A stretch of 64,000 nucleotides of DNA from Escherichia phage JN01. Made by a program: the position numbers and the translations under genes. The notes beneath the pieces are model-generated. The model ran no database searches, was not told the origin of the DNA, and saw nothing but the letters and a program-made list of their open reading frames with translations. Shown here one piece after another: positions 36,436 through 44,421 of this stretch. Every line of letters starts with the position of its first letter. The stretch's first letter is position 1. The stretch lies in sequence record MN882542; one strand, 5' to 3'.

Positions 36436-36509
36436 GGTTCAGTCGCAGATAAGGTAATGCAGGGGTTTCATAAGCCCTATGAATGTGGGTTCGATTCCCA
36501 TCTGAACCT
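36436..36509 (+). tRNA. tRNA-Met(CAT)
   Basis: Acceptor GGTTCAG/CTGAACC, anticodon stem-loop GGGGT-TTCATAA-GCCCT with three G-C pairs, T-arm GTGGGTTCGATTCCCAT, CCA encoded. Confidence 0.65.
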
Positions 36510-36513
36510 CCAA

Positions 36514-36586
36514 GCTGGTATAGTTAAGAAGGTTATAACACTCCCCTGATAAGGGAATATCGGTGGTTCGATTCCACCTACCAGTA
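36514..36586 (+). tRNA. tRNA-Ile(GAT)
   Basis: Acceptor GCTGGTA/TACCAGT, anticodon loop CTGATAA, T-arm GGTGGTTCGATTCCACC, CCA encoded. Confidence 0.7.
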
Positions 36587-36604
36587 CCAATTTCAATAAA
36601 GTTG

Positions 36605-36633
36605 TTGACATTGAGATGTGACTACTTTATAGT
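36605..36633 (+). promoter_or_regulatory. candidate sigma70-type promoter inside tRNA cluster
   Basis: TTGACA, 17 bp spacer, TATAGT. Confidence 0.5.
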
Positions 36634-36956
36634 AACTGAAAATAATTCAGCATATGTATAATTCAAACACCAATACATGAGCGTTAGACGTAACACAATG
36701 TGGGGAAATTTGTTGTACATATTCTGAATAGTTTTCGTTGCGTAGCGTCTATTTTGCAAATTTAAAATAAATGCAAACGACAATGTTTTTCTGGCAGTAG
36801 CTTGATAGGCTAAACACCAGTGAGGTCTTCCAATCCCTCATCAAAGAATTTGGCGTACTCGCCCACGGTATGATTAATAAGGTGGGCAACATTCTAAAGG
36901 GTATCCCTTATGGGGCTTGGCTTAAATGCAATGAGTACCCTTTAAAATGTTAATTA

Positions 36957-37035
36957 CGGGGCGTATCTCAGCGGTCTTCTAAACCGCCGTTAACCGAGTA
37001 AGTGGAGTATGCGGGTTCGAGTCCTGCCGCCTCGA
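36957..37035 (+). tRNA. atypical tRNA-like gene, Arg(TCT)-type anticodon loop, no recognisable D-arm
   Basis: Acceptor CGGGGCG/CGCCTCG, anticodon stem-loop GCGGT-CTTCTAA-ACCGC, T-arm GCGGGTTCGAGTCCTGC, CCA encoded; only 7 nt between acceptor and anticodon stem, 23 nt variable region. Confidence 0.4.
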
Positions 37036-37053
37036 CCAATTTTGGATGAAATC

Positions 37054-37401
37054 ATGAAAACTTGTATTAGGTGCAAACTTAGCAAGGATGAAAGTGATTT
37101 CTACATGAAAGATGGTAGGAGAACTCATTCATACTGTAAAAAGTGTGTTAATGAGCAAACCATAGAAAGACAAAGAGCACTTAAACTTTCAGCTATTGAG
37201 TACAAAGGTGGAGTTTGTCATGATTGTGGTAAAAGGTATCATCCAGCAGTGTATGACTTCCATCATTTGAATCCTTCAGAGAAAGATTTTAACATTGGTC
37301 ATAGAAAAAGTCTTAAGTTCTCTCAGGAGCTAAAGGACGAACTTGACAAATGTGTTTTGCTATGTTCAAATTGCCATAGGGTAAGACATGCAAAGTATTA
37401 G
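37054..37401 (+). CDS. HNH endonuclease (homing-endonuclease-like) inside the tRNA cluster
   Basis: CxxC...CxxC zinc pairs with HNH core DFHHLNPSEKDFNIGH...CSNCHRVRH; ORF-track start 37009 falls in the tRNA-like T-arm, ATG at 37054 preferred. Confidence 0.75.
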   Translation: MKTCIRCKLSKDESDFYMKDGRRTHSYCKKCVNEQTIERQRALKLSAIEYKGGVCHDCGKRYHPAVYDFHHLNPSEKDFNIGHRKSLKFSQELKDELDKCVLLCSNCHRVRHAKY

Positions 37402-37538
37402 TTAGCAGATTGCTTAGACGACCTTATCGGGTCTCCGTGTAAGGAGGTGGTCTGTATCTCATGTTTTCCAGAACATGTAAATAATCTGAGAAGGGGCTTT
37501 ACAGTGTTGTGAGAATACGGTAAGCTTCGAATTATAGT

Positions 37539-37618
37539 GTGGGACGATGTTAAGACTCTAAGGCATGAGCAACGGCCTCCAAAACCGTTTCAAAGTGGTT
37601 CAACTCCTCCGTCCCATG
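37539..37618 (+). tRNA. atypical tRNA-like gene, Trp(CCA)-type anticodon loop, oversized D region and weak T-stem
   Basis: Acceptor GTGGGAC/GTCCCAT, anticodon loop CTCCAAA in stem ACGG/CCGT, T-loop TTCAACT, CCA encoded; may be degenerate. Confidence 0.35.
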
Positions 37619-37633
37619 CCAAAGTCTTATTAG

Positions 37634-37721
37634 GGGTAGGTAGCGGCTAATGGTAGCCAAACTGTCTTGAAAACAGTTGCCACTGTAGAGATACGGTGAG
37701 GGTTCGACTCCTTTACTTACC
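37634..37721 (+). tRNA. tRNA-Ser(TGA), class II
   Basis: Anticodon stem-loop ACTGT-CTTGAAA-ACAGT, long variable arm, T-arm GAGGGTTCGACTCCTTT. Confidence 0.7.
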
Positions 37722-37879
37722 GCCTAATAAGATTTAAAGCCAAGCTTCATTCGGATGTTGCTTTGGTATCCCTCGTGTATTGTCGTACACACTGATAAAG
37801 CACCTAGTAGGTGTCACGGAGAAGAGATAATATCAAGCTCTCCAAAGGTTCTAGTCACCGGATTAAACAAGACTATGCA

Positions 37880-37908
37880 AAGACCTATTTAGGTCTTTTT
37901 AGAGGGCT
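37880..37908 (+). terminator. hairpin with T-tract inside tRNA cluster
   Basis: AAGACCTA-ttt-AGGTCTT followed by TTTAGAG; repeats the AGACC/GGTCT arm motif. Confidence 0.4.
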
Positions 37909-37979
37909 TCTAAGGTTATTACAGCTTGTTGTGGAACCTTGTTGCTTAGGTTCTTAGAAGTTCTCTAAAAAGATTTAAT

Positions 37980-38053
37980 GCACCTATAGCCCAACTGGTA
38001 GAGGCAGCAGACTTAGAATCTGCTCAGTGTGAGTTCGAATCTCTCTAGGTGTA
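37980..38053 (+). tRNA. tRNA with anticodon TAG (Leu by anticodon), short variable arm
   Basis: Anticodon stem-loop GCAGA-CTTAGAA-TCTGC, 3 bp D-stem, 5 nt variable loop, discriminator A, CCA encoded. Confidence 0.5.
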
Positions 38054-38063
38054 CCAAATTAAT

Positions 38064-38135
38064 GCAGGTGTAGCAAAATGGTTATGCGGCTGACTCTTAA
38101 TCAGTAAGACGATGGGTTCAATTCCCTCCACCTGT
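38064..38135 (+). tRNA. tRNA-Lys(CTT)
   Basis: Anticodon stem-loop CTGA-CTCTTAA-TCAG, T-loop TTCAATT, CCA encoded. Confidence 0.6.
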
Positions 38136-38144
38136 ACCAAACAT

Positions 38145-38218
38145 TGGGGATGTAGTTTACATGGTTAAAACATAAGTTTTGCAAACTTAAGTACAGGGTT
38201 CAATTCCCTGCTTCTCCA
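38145..38218 (+). tRNA. tRNA-Ala(TGC)
   Basis: D-arm GTTT...AAAC, anticodon stem-loop TAAGT-TTTGCAA-ACTTA, T-arm CAGGGTTCAATTCCCTG, CCA encoded. Confidence 0.7.
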
Positions 38219-38226
38219 CCAATTAG

Positions 38227-38298
38227 TGCATCCATAGTTTAAACGGGAAAATTACAGTCTTCCAAACTGAGGTTGAGGGTTCGATTCCCTCTGGATGC
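38227..38298 (+). tRNA. tRNA-Gly(TCC)
   Basis: Acceptor GCATCCA/TGGATGC, anticodon loop CTTCCAA, T-arm GAGGGTTCGATTCCCTC, CCA encoded. Confidence 0.7.
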
Positions 38299-38308
38299 TC
38301 CAAATTAA

Positions 38309-38382
38309 TGCTCCTATCGTATAATTGGCTATTACGGTTGCCTTGTAAGCAACTTATCAGGGTTCGAATCCTTGTGGGAGCA
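38309..38382 (+). tRNA. tRNA-Thr(TGT)
   Basis: Anticodon stem-loop GTTGC-CTTGTAA-GCAAC, T-arm CAGGGTTCGAATCCTTG, CCA encoded. Confidence 0.7.
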
Positions 38383-38388
38383 CCAATT

Positions 38389-38476
38389 CAGAGGTCAAGT
38401 GAAAGACCGCTGGTGTCAACTGAAGACCGTAACAAATTCCACGGAGTTGAGTTAGCGGCACAACTTCAGACCTCTT
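38389..38476 (+). ncRNA. structured element F (multi-stem, GAAGACCGT motif)
   Basis: Outer stem CAGAGGTC/GACCTCT; nested pairs CCGCT/AGCGG, CAACT/AGTTG, CCGT/ACGG; contains CTGAAGACCGTAAC related to elements A-D. Confidence 0.35.
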
Positions 38477-38480
38477 TCAT

Positions 38481-38552
38481 ACTCGCTTAGTTTATATGGT
38501 AAAACATCACCCTTACAAGATGGAGAAAAAGGTTCAAGTCCTTTAGTGAGTA
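38481..38552 (+). tRNA. tRNA-Val(TAC)
   Basis: Acceptor ACTCGCT/AGTGAGT, D-arm GTTT...AAAC, anticodon loop CTTACAA (one stem mismatch), T-arm AAAGGTTCAAGTCCTTT, CCA encoded. Confidence 0.55.
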
Positions 38553-38556
38553 CCAT

Positions 38557-38631
38557 GTTCCAGTATCCCAATTGGCAGAGGATGCAAGCTCAAACCTTGT
38601 ACTAGTGACGGTTCGAATCCGTCTTGGAACA
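38557..38631 (+). tRNA. tRNA with anticodon CAA (Leu by anticodon), short variable arm
   Basis: Anticodon stem-loop GCAAG-CTCAAAC-CTTGT, T-arm GACGGTTCGAATCCGTC, discriminator A, CCA encoded. Confidence 0.5.
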
Positions 38632-38639
38632 CCAATTTT

Positions 38640-38712
38640 GCAGGATTAGTTCAAATGGATAGAGCAACAGTCTACGAAGCTGTTAATAGGGGTTCGAATC
38701 CCTTATCCTGCG
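38640..38712 (+). tRNA. tRNA-Arg(ACG)
   Basis: Acceptor GCAGGAT/ATCCTGC, anticodon stem-loop ACAGT-CTACGAA-GCTGT, T-loop TTCGAAT, CCA encoded. Confidence 0.7.
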
Positions 38713-38733
38713 CCAGATAAGTAAGAGTGATTT

Positions 38734-38976
38734 ATGCAAACATTAATCGTCGTTGAACATGAAAATTCCAATAGCATTGAGTTTGTAAGGGTTCCCACTA
38801 TAGATACCCACATTTTCTTGAAAGTAGGCTGGGAATGTGACCCAATAAGAGTAGAAAAATTTATTGGTCATTACTTTGGTGGAAGACAACTTAAAAGTGT
38901 TAATTTTGAGACAATGTTACCAGAAAACTCAGAAACAAATAATAATGTTTACCTCCTTACAAGGATTAGACAATGA
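38734..38976 (+). CDS. hypothetical protein
   Basis: 80 aa ORF within tRNA cluster, weak RBS. Confidence 0.35.
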   Translation: MQTLIVVEHENSNSIEFVRVPTIDTHIFLKVGWECDPIRVEKFIGHYFGGRQLKSVNFETMLPENSETNNNVYLLTRIRQ

Positions 38977-39530
38977 GATATTTGAAGTATGTTTCATGGA
39001 TTTTCTTAGCTTTGCTAGAGCCATTTGCAGCAATCTTAGCAGTCATCTTAGCACCTTTTGTAGTTCTATTCTACAGTGAGAAGAGAGGACACTTACCTTT
39101 CGGCTTCAGATGGATGGAAACATATGACAACCCAATTGATGGTGATAAAGGTCATGTCGAACGATGGGCTAAGATTAGAAAGATTGGTAAGCTTGGTATC
39201 TATATGCAGAGAGTTGGTTGGCTCTGGAGAAACAAAGCTTATAACTTCTCTTACCATGTGTTAGGAAGAGATGTAAAAGATGTTACTAAGTGGAAAGGTA
39301 ATATCAATGTAAGTTCTAACCCTGAAGATAATCAGACAGGTTATCTCCTAATGTGGAACAGTAATGCTTGGGGATTATTCGCTTTTATCCCATCAATTAA
39401 ACTCTTTGGTAAGCAATTCTACTGGAGAATTTATGTTGGATGGAAACTTAAAAGTGTTGTTCCAAAAGAAAGAGCATTCTCAAGGGAAAGAGTTATGTTG
39501 GCATTCTTTATTCATCCACTGAGAAAGTAA
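38973..39530 (+). CDS. hypothetical membrane protein
   Basis: 185 aa; hydrophobic N-terminus (WIFLALLEPFAAILAVILAPFVVLF), Trp-rich. Confidence 0.45.
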   Translation: MRYLKYVSWIFLALLEPFAAILAVILAPFVVLFYSEKRGHLPFGFRWMETYDNPIDGDKGHVERWAKIRKIGKLGIYMQRVGWLWRNKAYNFSYHVLGRDVKDVTKWKGNINVSSNPEDNQTGYLLMWNSNAWGLFAFIPSIKLFGKQFYWRIYVGWKLKSVVPKERAFSRERVMLAFFIHPLRK

Positions 39531-39538
39531 AGATTTAA

Positions 39539-39611
39539 AGGGGATTAGTTTACAAGGTTAAAACCTCGGTCTTTGAAATCGAAGAAGTTGGTTCAATTCC
39601 AACATCCCCCG
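39539..39611 (+). tRNA. tRNA-Gln(TTG)
   Basis: Anticodon stem-loop TCGGT-CTTTGAA-ATCGA, T-arm GTTGGTTCAATTCCAAC, CCA encoded; 1-72 pair mismatched. Confidence 0.6.
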
Positions 39612-39616
39612 CCAAT

Positions 39617-39692
39617 GCTCCATTACTCCAATTGGCAGAGAGGCCAGACTTAAAATCTGTGTTATGTATCGGTTCGAATCCGATATGGAGTA
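39617..39692 (+). tRNA. tRNA with anticodon TAA (Leu by anticodon), short variable arm
   Basis: Anticodon loop CTTAAAA, T-arm ATCGGTTCGAATCCGAT, discriminator A, CCA encoded. Confidence 0.5.
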
Positions 39693-39700
39693 CCAAATTT

Positions 39701-39773
39701 AGCGGTATAGCATAACTGGTAATGCAGCAGTCTCTGAAGCTGTCTTATTAAGGTTCAAATCCTTATGCCGCTG
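39701..39773 (+). tRNA. tRNA-Gln(CTG)
   Basis: D-arm GCAT...ATGC, anticodon stem-loop GCAGT-CTCTGAA-GCTGT, T-arm TAAGGTTCAAATCCTTA, CCA encoded. Confidence 0.55.
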
Positions 39774-39807
39774 CCACTTCTAAGGATTCTTACGAGAGCC
39801 CTTAAAT

Positions 39808-39880
39808 GTGGCCTTATCATAAATGGTAATGACCCATGCTGTGAACATGGTCTATACGGGTTCAAATCCCGTAGGTCACC
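39808..39880 (+). tRNA. tRNA-His(GTG)
   Basis: Anticodon stem-loop CCATG-CTGTGAA-CATGG, T-arm ACGGGTTCAAATCCCGT, CCA encoded. Confidence 0.7.
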
Positions 39881-39888
39881 CCAATTTA

Positions 39889-39963
39889 TAGTCCAAGTAG
39901 CTTATATGGTTAAAGCGCGTGTCTGAAAAACATGAGAAGAGGGTTCAAATCCCACTGGACTAC
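39889..39963 (+). tRNA. tRNA-Phe(GAA), irregular acceptor/D junction
   Basis: D-arm GCTT...AAGC, anticodon stem-loop CGTGT-CTGAAAA-ACATG, T-loop TTCAAAT; acceptor register ambiguous. Confidence 0.5.
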
Positions 39964-39981
39964 CAATTTCAAAGGTGCTTA

Positions 39982-40716
39982 ATGAAAGAGATGACAGAAC
40001 AAGGTAAGGAGATTTTTAGTCTCTTAAAAACCGGTAGAGGGTTTTCTAATCCCCTTATTACTGGTGCAGCAGTTCTCGGTGGAACCGTAGCTGCCTCTAC
40101 ATCACTTGTAAGCTCTATTAGCTCTGTAGCAGACCCTACAATAAAGGATAAACTTGTTGCTGCTGGACTTACAACAGTTCTGCTTAATAGCTTTACAACG
40201 AGTCTGACAAGCACTACATCAACTACTAAGACACTGACAGATTACGGTCAAAAGTCCATTGATGAGTTTTCATCACGTATGCAGGTAGCAAAAGGGTATT
40301 CCAATGTTATGGGTGCAGCAGGAGAGCAAGTTGGTTGTACACCATTTAGTGGTATTATGGGTGTTGCTACAGAGTACGGTCAAAAAGCTATTGACACAAT
40401 TAACAGTACACTAGACGGTGTTAATGATGTATTAAGTGACTTACAAGATGCTATTGATAAAGGTCTTGATACTGTTTCTGATTTAGCTAACCAAGCTGTT
40501 AGCAAGATTAATGAAGGTATCTCGAAGATTACAGCTTATGCAGATGAAGTTGTGCAGATGATTGAAGAAGAAGCTGCCCTTATTGCAGAGTACCTTAAAA
40601 CGAATATCAATGGGTTCTTAGCAGGTATCTTACCAGACTGGTTTGATGATGCTTGTAAAACTGGTGTAATTGATACTATTGCAACACCAGAAATGAAGAA
40701 CGCATTACAGAAATAA
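39982..40716 (+). CDS. hypothetical protein (Ser/Thr-rich central region)
   Basis: ORF-track start 39919 is GTG inside the tRNA; ATG 39982 preceded by AAAGGTGCTTA. Confidence 0.5.
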   Translation: MKEMTEQGKEIFSLLKTGRGFSNPLITGAAVLGGTVAASTSLVSSISSVADPTIKDKLVAAGLTTVLLNSFTTSLTSTTSTTKTLTDYGQKSIDEFSSRMQVAKGYSNVMGAAGEQVGCTPFSGIMGVATEYGQKAIDTINSTLDGVNDVLSDLQDAIDKGLDTVSDLANQAVSKINEGISKITAYADEVVQMIEEEAALIAEYLKTNINGFLAGILPDWFDDACKTGVIDTIATPEMKNALQK

Positions 40717-40717
40717 T

Positions 40718-40807
40718 GGAAGATTAACCCTAAAAGGTAAGGGAGCAGTTTGCTAAACTGCCAGTAGCTGAGAAATCGGTGTACCAGTTCAAGTCTGGTA
40801 TCTTCCT
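40718..40807 (+). tRNA. tRNA-Ser(GCT), class II
   Basis: Acceptor GGAAGAT/ATCTTCC, anticodon stem-loop GCAGT-TTGCTAA-ACTGC, long variable arm, T-arm ACCAGTTCAAGTCTGGT, CCA encoded. Confidence 0.7.
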
Positions 40808-40814
40808 CCAATTT

Positions 40815-40887
40815 GAATCCGTGACAGAAATGGCTATGTACCTGTCTGCAAAACAGGTTTATAAGGGTTCGAGTCCCTTCGGATTCT
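40815..40887 (+). tRNA. tRNA-Cys(GCA)
   Basis: Acceptor GAATCCG/CGGATTC, anticodon stem-loop CCTGT-CTGCAAA-ACAGG, T-arm AAGGGTTCGAGTCCCTT, CCA encoded. Confidence 0.7.
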
Positions 40888-40924
40888 CCAAGTTATTTTA
40901 CTCTCTCTCTCAATTAAAATAATA

Positions 40925-40995
40925 ATAATGCCCTGCTATAAGTATTCTTCCTTTCGCTACCGAAGAGTATTTTTAGACAGGGCTTTTTTACAGAG
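40925..40995 (+). terminator. terminator closing the tRNA cluster
   Basis: GCCCTG...CAGGGC stem with structured loop, followed by TTTTTTAC. Confidence 0.5.
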
Positions 40996-41051
40996 TTATA
41001 CTTTATAAGAAGACTTATACAGTATGTCTCTGACGTACATTGTGGTTTCTC

Positions 41052-41082
41052 CTTGACGGTCTCTGTACCGTCTTTTTTAAGG
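41052..41082 (+). terminator. intrinsic terminator
   Basis: GACGGT-ctctgt-ACCGTC hairpin followed by TTTTTTAAGG. Confidence 0.55.
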
Positions 41083-41114
41083 AGAAACATGGTTAATTAT
41101 TTGGAGAAAACATA

Positions 41115-41315
41115 ATGAGCGAGACCGTTTATAAAGAACTTTATGAAGCTAATAAGAAGCTAGAATTTATGCAGAACACTATCATGGCAATTGCAGACAG
41201 ATTGTCTGTAGCAACAGGTATTGATATCAAAGAAGCCTCTATGGATGCACTTCTTGATGCTGTTGATGCAAAGTTCGAAGTTAAGAAAGAAGAGACTGCT
41301 ACAGACTCTGAATAA
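41115..41315 (+). CDS. hypothetical small acidic protein
   Basis: 66 aa ORF immediately upstream of large terminase. Confidence 0.5.
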   Translation: MSETVYKELYEANKKLEFMQNTIMAIADRLSVATGIDIKEASMDALLDAVDAKFEVKKEETATDSE

Positions 41316-41336
41316 TTCTATTTGCGGAGGTGCTTA

Positions 41337-42938
41337 ATGGACTTAAATGCTGTTAAGCAGAAGCGAGTGGAAGATGTTAGGAAAGTCCTAGCTGGAGAGT
41401 TGGGGCTTTCTGATGAAGTAAAAGAAATTATCAAATCATTCGGTAAAGACCCCTCTAAATTCCTTCCAACTCAAATTCTGACTTTATTAAGATACACACC
41501 AGACCAAGTTAGACTTATCTTCAAATTGATGACTGATAAGAACTATGTAGCCCCTCAGCCGGGTTCTCAAGAGGTGTTTTTAAATACTAATGCTGACTTG
41601 GTTTTATATGGTGGTGCTGCTGGTGCTGGTAAAACTGCTGCATTGTTAATGGACTCTTTAAGGTTTATTGAAGACCCTAACTATAATGCTGTATATTTCC
41701 GTCGAAATACAACACAGTTACAAGGTGGTTTATGGCCTGCTGCAAAGAAACTATTTGGTAAGTTTGGTGGGGTTCCTCACGAGCAGAAGATGACTATCAC
41801 ATTCCCCTCTGGGGCAACTATCAAGTTCACCTACCTAGAACTTGAAAAGCACGCTGAAGGTCATCAGGGTATTGAATACTCAGCTATCTACTTTGACGAA
41901 GGTACACACTTCTCTGCTTCACAGATTTCATACCTACAGACCCGTCTACGTTCTGGTGCTGAAGGTGACTCATACATGAAGATTTCTATGAACCCAGATA
42001 GAGACCACTTCATTTATGATTGGGTAGAACCATTCTTAGATGAAGAAGGTTACCCAGACCCTGAGAAGTGCGGTCGTATTCGTTGGTATGTTATGAATGA
42101 TGGTGTGATGGTTTCTGATTGGGAAAGAGACAAGATTCTTGAAATGTTCCCTCTTGAGATTCCTCAGACATACACCTTCATCTCTGGTACGATTGATGAT
42201 AACCCAATCCTTGACTTCTTAGAACCTAAATATCGTGGTAAGTTGGAAAACAACACACCTGTAAACGTTGCAAGACTTCGTTTCGGTAACTGGAAGGCTC
42301 GTGCAGAAGGTTCAAACTATTGGCAAAGACAGTGGTGTGAGATTGTTGATTCACTCCCAGAAGATGTGTTTGATGTCAGAGCATGGGACTTAGCAGCAAC
42401 TTTACCATCTGAGATTAACCCTAATCCAGACTGGACAGCGGGTGTTAAGATGGGTAAATCTAAAAAAGACGGTTGCTATTATATCATTGATGTAGTAAGA
42501 TTTAGAGATAGACCCTCTGGAGTCGAAACACAAATTAATTTGACTGCTGAAAGTGACGGTAAGCGAACTGGTATTTTTATCCCTCAAGACCCAGGCGCTG
42601 CTGGTAAATCCTATGCAACATCCCTCATCAGGAAACTTGCCGAGAAAGGTTATCGCGCAAGAGCTAAACCAACAAATAAAGATAAAGTTACCCGCTTTGC
42701 GGGATTTTCTGCTGCTTCTGAAGCTGGACTTGTAAAAGTCTTGAGAGGTAGCTGGAACGAAGCTTACTTCCAAGAACTTGAAGGTTTTTGTGGTGATGGC
42801 AAAACTAAAGATGACCAAGTGGATGCTACCAGTGATGCTTTCAACAGTCTTAACGAAGTTAAATTATTCAAGCCACCATCAATGGGTGCTCATACAGACT
42901 TAGTGAGAGGAAACCCATATGAGGGGCTTAGACGTTGA
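41337..42938 (+). CDS. terL: terminase large subunit
   Basis: Walker A VLYGGAAGAGKT; about 530 aa; ORF-track start 41322 is TTG, ATG at 41337 preceded by GGAGGTG. Confidence 0.8.
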   Translation: MDLNAVKQKRVEDVRKVLAGELGLSDEVKEIIKSFGKDPSKFLPTQILTLLRYTPDQVRLIFKLMTDKNYVAPQPGSQEVFLNTNADLVLYGGAAGAGKTAALLMDSLRFIEDPNYNAVYFRRNTTQLQGGLWPAAKKLFGKFGGVPHEQKMTITFPSGATIKFTYLELEKHAEGHQGIEYSAIYFDEGTHFSASQISYLQTRLRSGAEGDSYMKISMNPDRDHFIYDWVEPFLDEEGYPDPEKCGRIRWYVMNDGVMVSDWERDKILEMFPLEIPQTYTFISGTIDDNPILDFLEPKYRGKLENNTPVNVARLRFGNWKARAEGSNYWQRQWCEIVDSLPEDVFDVRAWDLAATLPSEINPNPDWTAGVKMGKSKKDGCYYIIDVVRFRDRPSGVETQINLTAESDGKRTGIFIPQDPGAAGKSYATSLIRKLAEKGYRARAKPTNKDKVTRFAGFSAASEAGLVKVLRGSWNEAYFQELEGFCGDGKTKDDQVDATSDAFNSLNEVKLFKPPSMGAHTDLVRGNPYEGLRR

Positions 42939-42954
42939 TAGCTAGGTGAGAAGA

Positions 42955-44421
42955 ATGGCAGATATTACAGAAACACAAGAAAGCTTACCACCATTTAGAA
43001 TGGGTGAAGTAGGTTCTTTGGGTCTGAAGGTTAAGAATGGTAGAATCTATGAAGAACCTCGTCAGGCACTAAGGTTCCCTGAAAGTATTAAAACTTTCCA
43101 ATTAATGATGCGTGACCCTGCTGTAGCAGCATCTGTAAATATTATTAAGATGTTTGTCAGAAAAGTCAACTGGAGATTCGTACCTCCAAAGGGAAAAGAG
43201 CAAGACCCTAAAATGCTTGAAAGAGCAGACTTCTTTAATTCTTTAATGGATGACATGGAGCATGATTGGGCAGATTTTATTAACTCTGTAATGTCATTCT
43301 GCACTTATGGGTTCTGTGTTAACGAAAAGGTTTATAAGAAACGTCAGGGTAAAAAAGGAAAGTATCAGTCAAAATTTGATGATGGTCTAATTGGGTGGGC
43401 TAAATTACCAATCAGAAATCAATCAACGCTTGATAAGTGGTATTTTGACGAAGACTTTAGAAAAGTTACTGGTGTCAGACAAAATCTAAGAAATGTTTCA
43501 CATATTGCTGGAGCAATTAATCTTGGAGAAAGACCACTAACAAGAAAACTCCCACGAGCTAAATTCATGCTGTTTAAGTATGATGATGAGTATGGTAACC
43601 CAGAAGGTCGTTCACCATTACTTAATGCTTATGTACCGTGGAAGTATAAAGTACAGATTGAAGAGTATGAAGCTGTTGGTGTTTCAAGAGACTTAGTAGG
43701 TATGCCAAAAATTGGTTTACCACCAGACTATCTAGATGAAAATGCAGAACCTGAAAAGAAAGCTTTCGTACAATACTGCAAAACTGTTGTTAATGATATG
43801 ATTGCTAATGACAGAGCAGGTTTAATCTGGCCTAGATATATCGACCCAGAAACTAAAGAGGATATCTTTGAGTTCTCATTAGTTTCTAGACAGGGTGCTA
43901 AAGCATATGATACAGGTTCTATTATTGACAGATATTCTAAGCAGATTATGATGGCATTTATGTCAGATGTTCTTGCTATGGGTCAGTCAAAATATGGTTC
44001 ATTCTCTCTTGCAGATTCTAAGACAAGCTTATTAGCAATGTCAGTAGATATTCTGCTGAAGCAAATTAAGAACGTAATTAACCGTGATTTAGTTGCACAG
44101 ACTTATGCTCTTAATATGTGGGATGATGAAGAACATGTACAAATCACATATGATGATATCGAAACTCCAGACCTTGAAGCAATTGGTTCTTATATTCAGA
44201 AGACTGTTGCAGTAGGTGCTTTGGAAGTTGACAAAGAACTATCTAACAAACTTAGAGAGCATATTGGTCTTCCTCCTGCTGATGAGTCTCAGCCAGTATC
44301 TGAAAAGCTTTCTCCGAATAGCCAAAGCCGTTCAGGAGATGGTTATAAGACCGCTGGAGAAGGTACTGCAAAGACACCTTCAGCGAAAGACCCAAGCACA
44401 GCAAATAAGGCAAATAAATAA
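42955..44421 (+). CDS. portal protein
   Basis: About 490 aa directly downstream of terL, upstream of prohead protease; ORF-track start 42946 is GTG, ATG at 42955 after AGGTGAG. Confidence 0.65.
   Translation: MADITETQESLPPFRMGEVGSLGLKVKNGRIYEEPRQALRFPESIKTFQLMMRDPAVAASVNIIKMFVRKVNWRFVPPKGKEQDPKMLERADFFNSLMDDMEHDWADFINSVMSFCTYGFCVNEKVYKKRQGKKGKYQSKFDDGLIGWAKLPIRNQSTLDKWYFDEDFRKVTGVRQNLRNVSHIAGAINLGERPLTRKLPRAKFMLFKYDDEYGNPEGRSPLLNAYVPWKYKVQIEEYEAVGVSRDLVGMPKIGLPPDYLDENAEPEKKAFVQYCKTVVNDMIANDRAGLIWPRYIDPETKEDIFEFSLVSRQGAKAYDTGSIIDRYSKQIMMAFMSDVLAMGQSKYGSFSLADSKTSLLAMSVDILLKQIKNVINRDLVAQTYALNMWDDEEHVQITYDDIETPDLEAIGSYIQKTVAVGALEVDKELSNKLREHIGLPPADESQPVSEKLSPNSQSRSGDGYKTAGEGTAKTPSAKDPSTANKANK

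Noticed and set aside
37009-37053. ORF-track start of the HNH gene at ATG 37009
   Set aside because: That ATG lies within the T-arm of the upstream tRNA-like gene; the ATG at 37054 begins the recognisable HNH zinc-finger region
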